Part shown: one piece after another, positions 28,701-37,300 of the stretch
How positions within the stretch are numbered: position 1 is the first letter of the stretch
Layout: the number at the start of each line of letters is the position of its first letter
Assembly: GCA_044226625.1 (NCBI GenBank)
Contig: JBGAGQ010000039.1
Span: forward strand, 1-57,768
Origin: Thermoanaerobaculia bacterium
GTDB lineage: Bacteria > Acidobacteriota > Thermoanaerobaculia > Multivoradales > UBA5704
Direction of reading: 5' to 3'
DNA: 57,768 nt
Notes under the pieces: generated by a model
What the model saw: the letters and a program-made list of their open reading frames with translations, nothing else
Database searches by the model: none
What the model was told of the DNA's origin: nothing
Position numbers and translations under genes: made by a program

Positions 28701-31700
28701 CCCCGCTCGGCGAGGCGGCGAGCGAGATCCTCGATCTCCTCCCGGGTTCCGGAGACGACGGACAGCTCGGGAGCGTTCGACGCCGCGAAGTCGAGCCCGG
28801 TTCCGGCGATCAGCCCGCGGGTCTCCGTCTCGGCGAGCGGCACGGCGAGCATCGCTCCAGCGGGAAGCCCGCCCATCAATCGGCCACGGATGGCGATCAG
28901 GCGGCCGGCGTCTTCGAGGGAGAGCACTCCGGCGAGATGTGCCGCCACGTACTCGCCGACCGAGTGGCCGAGGAGCGCCGCGGGACGCACACCCCAGAAT
29001 TCCCAGAGTCTGGCGAGCGCCATTTCGAGCGCAAACAGGGCCGGTTGTGCGAGCGCCGTGTCGCGGACCTCGTCTCCCGCCGGCTCTCGTCCGCTCGGGA
29101 CCAGCCCGAGCGCATCGACGAGACCGCGCGGCGCCGCGAGATGGGGATCGATCGCCGACGCGCACTCGTCGAACGCGGCGCGGAAGACCGGCTCCGCGGC
29201 GTAGAGGCCCGCCCCCATCGCGACCCTTTGCGAGCCCTGGCCCGACAGGAGGAACGCGACGGCGCGGCGGGTCTCGTCGCCATCGCCGAACCGCATCCGC
29301 TCGGGATCGCGCCTCCGGAGCGCCATGGCCGCGTCCGCCGTCGACCGGGCGACGAGCACGGCTCGTCGCCCGAAGCGCTTGCGCCCCGCGGCGAGCGTTC
29401 GGGCGACCGCGGCGAGCTCCGGTGCCAGCGTCTCGCCGCGCCCGTCGAGACGATCGGCGAGCCGCCCGGCGAGATCGTCGAGCGCCGTTTCGCTGCGGGC
29501 CGAGAGGACGAGCAGCTGCGCCGGCCGCGTGGCGGGCCCCGATTCGGACCGCCGCGGCGCCTCTTCGAGCACCACGTGGACGTTCGTGCCGCCGATCCCG
29601 AACGAGCTCACCCCCGCGAAGCGCGCGCCCCGGCCGCGTGGCCAGGCGGTCCTCTCGGCCGCCACCTTGAACGGTGTCTCCGCCCAGTCGATGCGCGGGT
29701 TCGGGCTCGAAAAATGGAGCGAAGGCGGGATTTCTTCCCGCTCGAGCGCGAGCGCCGCCTTGATCAATCCCGCGACGCCGGCCGCCGCGTCCAGATGGCC
29801 CAGATTGCTCTTGATCGATCCGATCGGGATCGCCCCGGGGGGGATCCCGCTCCCGCCGCCGGCCGGGCCGAACGACGCGTAGGCGCGGCCGAGCGCCGCG
29901 ATCTCGATCGGATCGCCGAGAGGGGTGGCAGTGCCGTGGGCTTCGACATAGCCGAGCCAGCCTGGCTCGACCGCCGCGTCCCGGAGCGCCGCCGCGATCG
30001 CGGCGGCTTGCCCCTCGACGCCCGGCGCCGTGTAGCCGACCTTCGCCGCGCCGTCGTTGTTGATCGCGCTGCCGCGGACGACCGCGACGATCGGGTCGCC
30101 GTCTCGCAGCGCGTCGGCCAGCCGCTTGAGCACCACGAACCCGACGCCGCTCCCCGACACGGTTCCAGCCGCCGCCGCGTCGAACGGCCGGCATCGGCCG
30201 TCCGGCGAGAGGATGCCCCCCTGCTGATGGAGATACCCCTCGACCTGCGGCACCGCGATCGAGGAGCCGCCCGCGAGCGCGAGGTCGCACTCGCCGTCGC
30301 GCAGCGAGCGGCAGGCGAGATGCACGGCGACGAGCGACGTCGAGCAGGCGGTCTGCACCGCGAGGCTCGGCCCCTTGAGGTCGAGCAGATACGAGGCGCG
30401 CGTCGCGAGGAAGTCCTTGTCGGAAGCGAGGTGCGCCTGGGCGAGCCCTCCAGCAAGGAGCGCGCGCGGATTGCCGAGCACGTTGCGCAGCAGGTAGGTG
30501 CTCGCGCTGGTGCCCGCGAACACGCCGATCGGCCCACCGCGCGAGGGATCGCGCCCGGCTCGCTCCAGGGCTTCCCAGGCGACCTCGAGGAACAGCCGGT
30601 GCTGCGGGTCGAGCAGCTCGGCCTCCCGGGGCCCCAGGCCGAAGAACGCGGCGTCGAAAAGGTCGACGCCGTCGAGCGCGCCGCGCGCCCGCACGTAGTC
30701 GGCCCGTTCGATCAATCCTTTCGGATGCCCAGCGGCGATCAGCTCCTCTTCGGTGAACTCGCGGATCGAATCGCGGCCCGCGAGGAGGTTCCGCCACAGC
30801 TCTTCGACGTCGGCGGCTCCGGGGAAACGCCCGGCGACGGCGACGATGGCGATCGCGCGATCCGCGATTCGTTCCCGAGGCGCGACCGGCGCGGCCTTCG
30901 GGGCGCCGCTCGAGAGCGGCTCGCGCGACGCGCCCAGCCAGCCCGCGAGCGAGGCGACGGTCGGATGCGCGAACAGATCGACGATCGGCAGCTCGCGGCC
31001 GAGCAGCTTCTTGAGCCGGCCGTGGACGCGCACCAGCAACATCGAATGGCCGCCGAGGTCGAAAAAGTTGTCGTCGGCGCCGACCCGGTCGCGGCCGAGC
31101 ACGTCGCGCCAGATTTCGGCGATGGCGCCTTCGAGCCCGGCCTGGGGCGGACGAAACGGCCGCCGCGCCGCGCTTTCGAGATCGTCCGCGGAGGGATCGG
31201 GAAGCGCCCGCCCGTCGACCTTTCCGCTCGCGTTGCGAGGCAGCTCGGCGAGCGCGGAGAACGCCGCGGGAACGAGGTGCGCCGGCAGGCCGGCCGCGAG
31301 GAACGACCGGATCTCGGCCGCCGCCCCTTCCCAGTCCGGGGCGAACCAGGCGACCAGCTCCGACTCGCCGCCGCGCTCCCGCGCCGCGGCGTACGCCTCG
31401 CGCACCCGCGGATGGCGCGCGATCGCCGCTTCGACCTCCCCGAGCTCGATCCGAAATCCCCGGACCTTGACCTGCCGGTCGACCCGGCCGAGAAACTCGA
31501 CGGCGGCGTCGGCGAGCCACCGGACCAGATCGCCGGTCCGATAGAGCCGCGAGCCGGCCCGATCGTCGTCCGCCTGCGAACCCGCGAAGGGATTCGGCAC
31601 GAACCGATCGGCGGTGATCTCGGGGCCGGCGAGGTAACCCCGCGCGAGCCCGCCTCCCCCGCCGGAGATCGCCGGGAGGCAGCCGACGAACAGCTCACCG

Positions 31701-34300
31701 GGAACACCGATCGGCACCGTCCGGAGACGCGCGTCGAGGACGTAGAGCTTTTTGCCTGCGGCGGGACGGCCGATCGGCACCGCGGTCGCCCCGGGCCGCG
31801 GCACGACCGTCCAGGTCGCGGCGTCGATCGCCACCTCGGTGGGACCGTAGATGTTCTGTAGCGCGGCGAAGGGAAAGCGTGCGCCGAACCGCGCCGCGAG
31901 TTCGGGCGGCAGCGCCTCGCCGCCGGCGAACAGAAGGCGCAGGCCGCCGCACGCCTCGAGCCCGTCCTGGTCGAGGAACGCGCGCAGCATGGACGGCGCG
32001 AGATCGGTGATCGTCCCGCGCTCCGCCCCGAGCCGGCGGGTGAAGGCCGCGAAGTCCTGCCGCTCGCCCGGCGGCAGGAGAGCCAGCCGCGCGCCTGACA
32101 GCAGGGCGCCGAAGATCTGCCAGATGGACGGGTCGAAGGTGATCGAGATGTTCTGGAGGACCACGTCGCCCGGCCCCGGTGAGAAGCGCTTGAGGCGCCA
32201 GAGCAGTGTGGCGCACGCCGCGCGATGCGACACCATCACGCCTTTCGGCCGGCCGGTGGAACCCGAGGTGTAGATCACGTAGGCCAGCCGGTCGGAGAGC
32301 GCCGACGGCCGGAGTCCCAGAGCCGCGCCGGACGTTTCGAGACCCCGGTCCGAAAGGGTCAACACCCGCTCGGCGCCCGCCTCGCCGAACAGCCGGGCGA
32401 AGCGCTCGCCATCTTCCGGGTCGACGAGCGCGAGCGCGACGTCGGCGTCGCGCAAGGTCCAGGCGAGCCGTTCGTCCGGCGCTTCCGGATCCAACGGAAG
32501 GTAAGCGGCGTCGGCGCCGAGCGTGCCGAGGATCGCGGCGATCAGCGCCGGGGAACGACGCAAGGCGATCGCGACCGTCCGCTCGGGGGTGAAATCGCAT
32601 CGCGCCCGCAGCCGGTGGCTCACCGCGTCGGCTCGCGCGGCGAGCTCGCCGTAGGTCCAGACGGTACCGTCGCAGGAAACCGCCGGCCGCGCCGGCCCCG
32701 CGGCGACCGCGGCGGCAAACAGCGAGTCCAACCGCGGCTCGACGGCCGGATGCCCTTCGGCCCATCCCCCGGAGTTCCACTCGCAAAGCGTCTGATGGCG
32801 CTCCGGCCGGGAGAGCAGCGGCAGGGACGAGACGGTCAGCTCGGGATCGTCGACCGCCCCTCGAGCCAGCGATTCGAACCGGGCGAGCCAACGGCGAGCG
32901 GTCGCCCCGTCGAACAGGTCCGTGGCGTATTCGAGCGCGAGGCGGAACCCGCCCTCGGCGGGAACGGCGGAGAGCGTGAGGTCGAACCGCGCCGAGCCGC
33001 CCGGCACGGCGACCGGTGCGATCGCGAGCCCTCCCGGCCGCGCGGCGCCGGTCGAGCCCGCGGGAGCCGCCGCCTCGACCACCAGCATCGCCTGGAAGAT
33101 GGGCGTCCGATCGAGCGTCCGCTCCGGATGCAGGGCCTCGACGAGGCGTTCGAACGGCAGGTCTTGATGCGCCTGGGCCGCGAGCGCGGCCGTTCGCACG
33201 CGAGCGAGCAGGTCCGCGGTCGACGGGTCGCCCGAGAGCTCGACTCGCAGCACCAGGGTGTTGGCGAAGAACCCGATCAGGTTCGCGACTTCGGGGCGCT
33301 GCCGGTTCGCGATCGGCGTGCCGAGCAGGACGTCGTCGAGCGAGGCGCCGGGGTCGGCATGGCGCCTTAGCGCGAGCCCGAACAGAGCCCCCAGAAGCAT
33401 GAAAGGCGTCGCCTGCGCGCGGCGCCCGAGCGCCGAGAGCGCCGCCGAAAGCGGCGCGGAAAGCACTGTCGCGGCGAGCCCGCCGCGGAAGCTGGGGACG
33501 GCAGGACGCGGCCGGTCGGCCGGCAGGTCGAGAACGAGCGGGGCTCCCGCCAGCCGTTGACGCCACTCCTCCAGCTCCTGGTCCAGAGCGCCCGCCGCCG
33601 CGCGCTCGCGCTGCCAGGCCGCGTAGTCCACGTAGCGGATCGGCAGGTCGGCCAGCTCCGCCGCCGCCCCCGAGGTCTCGGCGCGATAGAGAGCGGACAG
33701 CTCGCGCACCAAGAGGTCCATCGACCAGCCGTCGGCGACGACGTGATGCACTGCGAGCAACAGCGCCTCGCTCGCCCGGGCCAACCGGAGGCGCGAAGCG
33801 CGGAACAGCGGTCCCACCACCAAATCGAACGGCCGCGCCGACTCGCGGGCGAACAGCCGCCGGAGCGTCCGCTCGCGAGCCCCTTCGGGAAGCGCGGAAA
33901 GATCGGCGAGCAGTGGTGCGCTCGCGCGCACGGAGCCGTCCGGCGCCAGCCTCTGGACCGGGGTCTCCTCGCCGTCCTCGCGCGCGATCGTCGCAAACGT
34001 GGCACCGAGCACCCCCTGTCGCGCAACGAGAGCGGAGAGCGCGCGGTCGAGGGCCGCGGGATCGAGCCCGCCGTCGAGGCGCACTGCCGCACGCAGGTTG
34101 TAGGCGGCCGCGCCAGGGCTCAAACGGTCGAGGAACCAGAGGCGCTCCTGGCCGAAGGACAGCGGGTAGGACTCCGCATCCGGCCGGCGCGGAATCGTCT
34201 CGCGCGTCGCCTCCGAAAGGCCCTGCCGCTCGCGCAGTGCGCGCAGCAGCGCGAGGCGGTCGACGGAGAGCTCGAAGCGGCTACCTCGCGCACCGGTCAA
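19709..34300 (-). CDS. Hybrid NRPS/PKS (~4863 aa): C-A(X2)-PCP-KS-AT(malonyl)-KR-ACP-C-A(Ala)-PCP-C-A(X3)-PCP
   Basis: Likely start TTG 34300 (TTGA overlap with the upstream stop, GAGGGGG RBS). C motifs HHVVADG, HHVISDG, HHSIADG. A codes read as DPWDFGIIDK, DLFNCALTYK (Ala-like), DIVQRTLIYK. KS QTACSTS; AT GHSVG/HAFH; KR GGMSGIG and YAAANA; no DH or ER motif seen. Confidence 0.92.
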   Translation of the reverse strand: MTGARGSRFELSVDRLALLRALRERQGLSEATRETIPRRPDAESYPLSFGQERLWFLDRLSPGAAAYNLRAAVRLDGGLDPAALDRALSALVARQGVLGATFATIAREDGEETPVQRLAPDGSVRASAPLLADLSALPEGARERTLRRLFARESARPFDLVVGPLFRASRLRLARASEALLLAVHHVVADGWSMDLLVRELSALYRAETSGAAAELADLPIRYVDYAAWQRERAAAGALDQELEEWRQRLAGAPLVLDLPADRPRPAVPSFRGGLAATVLSAPLSAALSALGRRAQATPFMLLGALFGLALRRHADPGASLDDVLLGTPIANRQRPEVANLIGFFANTLVLRVELSGDPSTADLLARVRTAALAAQAHQDLPFERLVEALHPERTLDRTPIFQAMLVVEAAAPAGSTGAARPGGLAIAPVAVPGGSARFDLTLSAVPAEGGFRLALEYATDLFDGATARRWLARFESLARGAVDDPELTVSSLPLLSRPERHQTLCEWNSGGWAEGHPAVEPRLDSLFAAAVAAGPARPAVSCDGTVWTYGELAARADAVSHRLRARCDFTPERTVAIALRRSPALIAAILGTLGADAAYLPLDPEAPDERLAWTLRDADVALALVDPEDGERFARLFGEAGAERVLTLSDRGLETSGAALGLRPSALSDRLAYVIYTSGSTGRPKGVMVSHRAACATLLWRLKRFSPGPGDVVLQNISITFDPSIWQIFGALLSGARLALLPPGERQDFAAFTRRLGAERGTITDLAPSMLRAFLDQDGLEACGGLRLLFAGGEALPPELAARFGARFPFAALQNIYGPTEVAIDAATWTVVPRPGATAVPIGRPAAGKKLYVLDARLRTVPIGVPGELFVGCLPAISGGGGGLARGYLAGPEITADRFVPNPFAGSQADDDRAGSRLYRTGDLVRWLADAAVEFLGRVDRQVKVRGFRIELGEVEAAIARHPRVREAYAAARERGGESELVAWFAPDWEGAAAEIRSFLAAGLPAHLVPAAFSALAELPRNASGKVDGRALPDPSADDLESAARRPFRPPQAGLEGAIAEIWRDVLGRDRVGADDNFFDLGGHSMLLVRVHGRLKKLLGRELPIVDLFAHPTVASLAGWLGASREPLSSGAPKAAPVAPRERIADRAIAIVAVAGRFPGAADVEELWRNLLAGRDSIREFTEEELIAAGHPKGLIERADYVRARGALDGVDLFDAAFFGLGPREAELLDPQHRLFLEVAWEALERAGRDPSRGGPIGVFAGTSASTYLLRNVLGNPRALLAGGLAQAHLASDKDFLATRASYLLDLKGPSLAVQTACSTSLVAVHLACRSLRDGECDLALAGGSSIAVPQVEGYLHQQGGILSPDGRCRPFDAAAAGTVSGSGVGFVVLKRLADALRDGDPIVAVVRGSAINNDGAAKVGYTAPGVEGQAAAIAAALRDAAVEPGWLGYVEAHGTATPLGDPIEIAALGRAYASFGPAGGGSGIPPGAIPIGSIKSNLGHLDAAAGVAGLIKAALALEREEIPPSLHFSSPNPRIDWAETPFKVAAERTAWPRGRGARFAGVSSFGIGGTNVHVVLEEAPRRSESGPATRPAQLLVLSARSETALDDLAGRLADRLDGRGETLAPELAAVARTLAAGRKRFGRRAVLVARSTADAAMALRRRDPERMRFGDGDETRRAVAFLLSGQGSQRVAMGAGLYAAEPVFRAAFDECASAIDPHLAAPRGLVDALGLVPSGREPAGDEVRDTALAQPALFALEMALARLWEFWGVRPAALLGHSVGEYVAAHLAGVLSLEDAGRLIAIRGRLMGGLPAGAMLAVPLAETETRGLIAGTGLDFAASNAPELSVVSGTREEIEDLARRLAERGIDGRLLRTSHAFHSRAMEPAIEPFAEALRSVMFRAPRIPFLSNLTGGWISPAEATDPGYWLRHLREPVRFSEGLGVLLSEARYALLEVGPGRALATLARRRTAAAGGPVVPVVASLGEAEDPSAEPEALLGALGRLWLAGVDAEVEKSAGPGRSKVVLPTYPFERRRYWIDPASMAPNASGASAGATAKRNPKLDRLPEGEWLSVPVWRELPPEPQAAGGRPSREWLLLGDDRMGLGHRLEALLRDRGDRVVGARSLDEIPALKLPVRVIDLSNVTGGTAEPAAASLERSFHQLASVIRRYGERGVPLDLTVVADSLCDVAGEASVEPAKAALLGPVRALPLESAGSAARAFDVSTGDPDRIARNLLAELDREAPIGADPGLDRSLVALRGGRRFVRAFERLAEGAASGAGLPEGSVVLITGGMSGIGLAVAGHLARTRGARLVLVGRTLHSGPLDGIPHEADPLRLAADVSDPAAARWLVERTLERFGALHAVIHAAGIPGSGLLQLRSRAEAEAVLAPKVLGVLALREATAHLPPLDRFVVFSSLASLFGGIGQADYAAANAVLDAFAESEAARGGRFLAIDWDAWREIGMAARSAAESGAPIEGLDPAEGLAAFDHALASGRPRVVVSTRDLAGLRARFRPAAEDAGAVPDERRDGPGRRAPSAAVAHARPALASPYLAPRDEAERELAAIWEEVLGLAPIGVHDDFNELGGHSLLALRVIARIRRDLAAELPLAALFEAPTIARLARRIAEERRGGAESPAASESEREAGGDVGDFPLSFAQERLWFIDRLEPERAAYNMPGAVRWSGAVDERVLRAALAELVRRHAVLRTTFPSEGGRPVQRVAAAPAGFALPIVDLSRLPCGLAAVRAAAIAEAFGRLPFELERRPAFRALLLRCSQTERILGFALHHVISDGGSMRVIQAEVGRLYAAFAAGRPSPLPPLPLSYGEHARREREEMASGGRLTEALERRLARFRPLPAPLDLPADRPRPDAQTFRGAFVPFQIPAELGLAMRGAAKRSGATPFMLLLAAFSALIGRLTGRIDFAIGSPIARRDRVETEGMIGLFVNTIVMRLDLAGDPRFDQLLDRVREEAIAAFGAANVPFERLISALSPERDLSRSPLFQVLFAYQGADRSGSPVGVSGEAASSAPGVEPLSIDAGRAMFDWTLTIDDAGSRLEGGIEYATDLFDAHRIARSVGQWLRLLASAVERGESRLSDLSLLSAAERHQVLVEWEGEIGRGALATLPGRFYCQAARTPQAVALIFGEGRTTYRDLARRVGGLADWLRREHAVGAEQVVGISARRTPHLIAGMLAILEAGAAYLPLDPSYPDERLAYMLADARVGVVLVDADSHGRIAALAPGVRLVDLAAERPDGVALGRAIDPDGIAYLIYTSGSTGRPKGVAIEHRSAGELLSWAERTFSAEQLSRVLAATSIAFDLSVFEIFVPLSVGGAVVLAEDALALRGLPAFGDVTLVNTVPSALAELVRGAAPPALRAVCVAGEPLSRALVEAVRQRWRCDEVWNLYGPSEDTTYSTGVRVPAGLGAPTVGRPVAGSRARILDGYAPLPIGVPGELFLAGAGLARGYYGRPDLTAERFLPDPFGAEPRGGRVYRTGDLARFRTDGEIEFLGRIDGQVKIRGFRIEVGEVEEALRTLPGIVEAAVLGSADRTRLVAFVVRDAATEKAATEPPVERWRAALGAKLPAHFIPTLWHELTALPRTANGKVDRRALAAIVVEPPPAAGSSEGPALTPLEELIAGLWAETLGLPADRAIGPGDDFFSLGGHSLLAAQVLARLGDACGVELPVRALFEAPTVAGLARRVEETTRAGDGVPPPPAVERLERNDDFRPPLSFGQLRLWFLDRLEPDADGRAAYNLPAALRLAGPLDRSALAAALSALLRRHEVLRTSFRLDREEPYQAIDEPKSVRPPLIDLAALAGAVSTSVARPLADREVRRPFDLADGPLFRALLIARPSGAVAQTEAHDLILTLHHSIADGSSMRVLERELSALYRAAAERRPASLTPLPVQYPDYAVWQRRLLSGQALEREVDWWRSLLAAAPPRLDLPTDRPRPRLQTFRGDQRVRALRRPELLADLARKHAATPYMVALAAWGTLLGRASGQGLVVVGSPIANRPRPELLGLIGFFANTLALPVDLAGDPTFGGLLERVRAASLGAFSHAAIPFEKLVERLAPTRDLSTSPLFQTLLSFEAGTLGGEVGERGGSAALRIAPIAAEARTAKFDLTLALRSGGNATTAGTIATVEWNVDLFDPATALSLLDRFERLLGSAAREEEVPLSRLSLLSPAERHQVRIEANDVARGVTWSVLDSIAETSRHMPDAIAVHAGGEHLSFGELDRRSRLLGRHLGERYGVGVDSIVGISLPRTPAQLVGLLAIQRAGGAYLPLDPTTPAERLAFLLRDARPNVVVTATGFVAAPIEGVPVLALDRFDGWRGTVARTDEIDGIDPFPSERIGYVLYTSGSTGTPKGVAVTARSLANLLASIRERPGLSERDVLLGVTGLWFDIASVEMLLPLIVGARLELVDRAEAADGGRLLARLLETGTTVMQATPGTWRILIDSGWSREEGALRDARSTGEALPPALAVELIARADRVWNLYGPTETTIYSSLARIRSREVAIGRPVANTDLTVAETGPALGGWFGDASPTRALGELMIGGDGVARGYLRRPDLTAERFVPDPWSERPGGRTYRTGDLVRAVADGELFYLGRGDFQVKIRGFRIELAEIEAALGSHPGVAESVVVARSAPRDAQPKEGEDGDRKLVAYWVPAANTSGSSNGALAAISESAPSVEALRDHLRAKLPSHMVPWAFVALPALPRNRNGKIDRGALPAPERAAWSGDVAFEEPRTALERRIAAIWCAALGVERVGVDDNFFDSGGHSLLAVKVHQRLRVELERDVPLVALFAHPTIRSLARSLGAGSESGANLEGALAGGEEGPMGDGIEAAARGRDRGLERRAAAARRRGRPERGAQTNERMESGAG

Positions 34301-37300
34301 GCGGCGGCCCCCTCTTCGGTTTCCTCGATCTCGCCGATTCGATGGAGCTCCCGCTCCGCGTCGAGCGGGACCGGCGCGCGCAGCTCGTATTCGGTCAGGA
34401 GCGCCGCCACGTCCTCGTCCGACATGTGTGCGAGGTCGAGCGCCAGCGCGGCCGCCCGCTCCAGCTCGCGCGGCGCCGCAGATTCGGCCACCAGGGCGGC
34501 GGCGAGGCCACCCACCGTCGGACGCTCGAACAGGCGCGCCAGGGGAACCTCGATCCCGAGCCCTTCGGATAGGCGCGCCGCGGCGCGCGTCGCAAGCAGC
34601 GAGTGGCCGCCGAGGTCGAAAAAGCTCTCGCGCACCCCCAGCCGCTCGAGACCCAACAGCTCGGCATAGACCGCCGCGATCAGCTCCTCCAGGGAGGTCG
34701 AAGGAGGCTCGTATTCCACCCCCGCCCCGGCGCGAGCGCCGGAGGCGGCGCCGATCGCCGAGAGCGCCCGGCGGTCCGCCTTGCCGCTCGGGGAGAGCGG
34801 CAGCTCGTCGAGCCAGACGAACCGCGCGGGCAGCAGCGGCTCGGGCAGCGTGCGCGAGAGAGCCGCGCGGAGAGCGCGAGCCTCCGGCCGCGCGCCTCCG
34901 GAGGCGACCAGGAAAGCGGTTAGGCGCGTCTCGGTCCCTTCCGCCAGAACGACCGCCTGGGCCACCTCGGGCAGCGCGCCGAGCGCCGCCTCGATCTCGC
35001 CGAGCTCGATCCTCACGCCGCGGACCTTCACTTGGTGGTCGATGCGGCCGAGATACTCGATCGCGCCGTCGGCCCGCCGACGTGCGAGGTCGCCGGTGCG
35101 GTAGAGCCGTGCGCCCACGGAGCCGCTCAGCGCGTCGGGCACGAAGCGCTCCGCGGTGAGGTCCGGCCGGCGTAGATAGCCCCGGCCGAGCCCCACGCCG
35201 CCGATCAGCAGCTCGCCCGGGCTGCCCGGAGGGACCAGATCCCCTCGGGCGTCGACCAGATGGATCGCGAGCCGAGAGATCGGCCGTCCGATCGGCACCG
35301 AGACCTCCCCCGGTCGGCAGGGGTGAAAGGTCACGTCGACCGCCGCTTCGGTCGGCCCGTAGAGGTTGTGCAGCTCCGCGCGGCGCGCACTGAGTGAAGA
35401 GTCGGCAACCTGGTGGAAACGGCGCGCGAGGTCGGGTCCCAGAGCCTCGCCGCTCGCGATCACGCGGCGGAGGCTTCCGGCGTGCGAGGCGGCGTCCCGC
35501 TCGTCGAGGAAGGCGCGCAGCATCGACGGTACGAAGTGGATCGTCGTCACGCCCTCTTCCGCGATGAACCGCGCGAGGCCCGCCGGGTCGCGATGCAGAC
35601 CGGGCGCGGCAAGCGCCATCCGCGCCCCCTGGCGGAGCGGCCAGAAGAACTCCCAGACCGAGACGTCGAAGCTCGCCGGGGTCTTCTGCGCGACGACGTC
35701 TTCCTGCGTGAGGGGATACGCCGCCTGCATCCAGAGGAGGCGGTTGTCGATCGCGCCGTGGGAGTTCATCGCTCCCTTCGGCCGGCCGGTCGATCCGGAG
35801 GTAAAGATCGCGTACGCCAGCCGGTCCGGCGCGATCTCGAATTCGAACCGTGGCGCGGCTCCCGATGCGACCGCTTCTCCTCGCTCGATCGCGAGGTCCT
35901 CCGCCCAGACGGCGGGGACGCCGCCAAGGGGCAGCGTTTCGGCGCGGGAACGCGTGGTGATCACCGCGATCGGCCGCGCGTCCTCGAGCATCCAGGCCTG
36001 GCGTTCGCGCGGATAGTCCGGGTCGATCGGCACGTACGCGGCCCCGGCGCGCACCACCGCGAGGAGAGCCGTCGGCAGCTCGAGCGATCGCTCCAGCGCG
36101 ACCGCGACGAGCGGCTCCTCGGCCATCGCGCCTTCGGACAGCTCGCGGATGCGGCCGGCAAGGCGGGCCGACAGGCGATCGAGCGCGCCGTAGGTGAGAT
36201 GGCTCCCGCCGCAGGAGAGCGCCACCGCGTCGGGGCGCATCGCCGTCGCGCGAAGGATGGGACCGTGGAGCGAAACGGGCGCCGCAGCTTCTGAGCCCGC
36301 AATCGCGGTCGAGTTCCACTCATGGACGGTCTGATGCCGCTCGGGCGCCGAAAGGAGGTCGACCTCGAACGGCGAGCGTATGGGCGCTTCGGCCACGCAC
36401 GCGACGAGCGTCGCGAACCGCGCGGCGAGGTGCAGGACGGTCGCCGGATCGAACAGCTCCGGGTCGTATTCGAAGAGCCCGGCGATGCCCTCGTCCGACT
36501 CGCTCAAGGAGAGGATCAGGTCGAAGCGGGCGGCACCCCGGGCAACCTCGATCGGCGCGCCGAAGGCGGAAGACCCCGAACGCGCACCGAGCACCCACTC
36601 CCCCTCCACCGCACCCTCCACCTGCATTTGGAACATCACCTGGAACAACGGATGGACCGCGAGGTCGCGCTCCGGCCGTAACTCTTCGACCAGGCGCTCG
36701 AACGGCAGGTCCTGGTGGTCGAAAGCGTCGAGCGCGGTCGACCGTGCGCGAGTGAGGAGATCGGCGAAGCTCTCCCTTCCGGCGAAGCTTGAGCGCAGCA
36801 CCAGGGTGTTGGCGAAGAAGCCGATCATCGGCTCGAGCTCGCGCCGGGTCCGTCCGGCGCTCGGCGTGCCGAGGGCAAAATCGTTCTGTCCCGAAACCCG
36901 AGCGAGCAGCGCCCCGAAAGCCGCGAACAGCGCCATGAACGGGGTGGCTCCGGAACGGCGCGAGAGCGCGCGAAGAGCCGACGCCGCCGGCCGCGGAAGC
37001 GCAACCCGCGCGGCGCCGGCCTGCTGTCTGCGGGCCGTCGTGCGGCGCGGCCGATCGAACGGCAGCGCGAGAGCCGCGGGTAGACCTTCCAACCGCTCGC
37101 GCCAGTGAGCCAGAAGCGCGTCGAGCGCCGCGCCGGAGACGAGATCGCGCTGCCAAAGGGAGAAATCGGCGTATTGCACCGGGAGGGGCGGCAGCGCGGG
37201 TCTCGTCCCCGTGCCCAGCGCGCGGGCGATCTCGGCGAGGTCGCGGAGCGCGATCTGGATCGACCAGCCGTCTGCCACCGTGTGGTGGAAGACCAACAGC

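Noticed and set aside
22989-31520. Long alternative-frame minus-strand ORFs (22989..27749, 27774..31520)
   Set aside because: Low-complexity Arg-rich translations nested in the real megasynthase frame; expected from stop-codon scarcity at high GC.
34301-36319. N-terminal 673 aa of the 5536-aa ORF (19709..36319)
   Set aside because: Arg/Pro/Gly-rich out-of-frame read-through overlapping the upstream NRPS. Recognisable protein begins at TTG 34300, and both genes have docking-like termini, so a frameshifted fusion is not needed.
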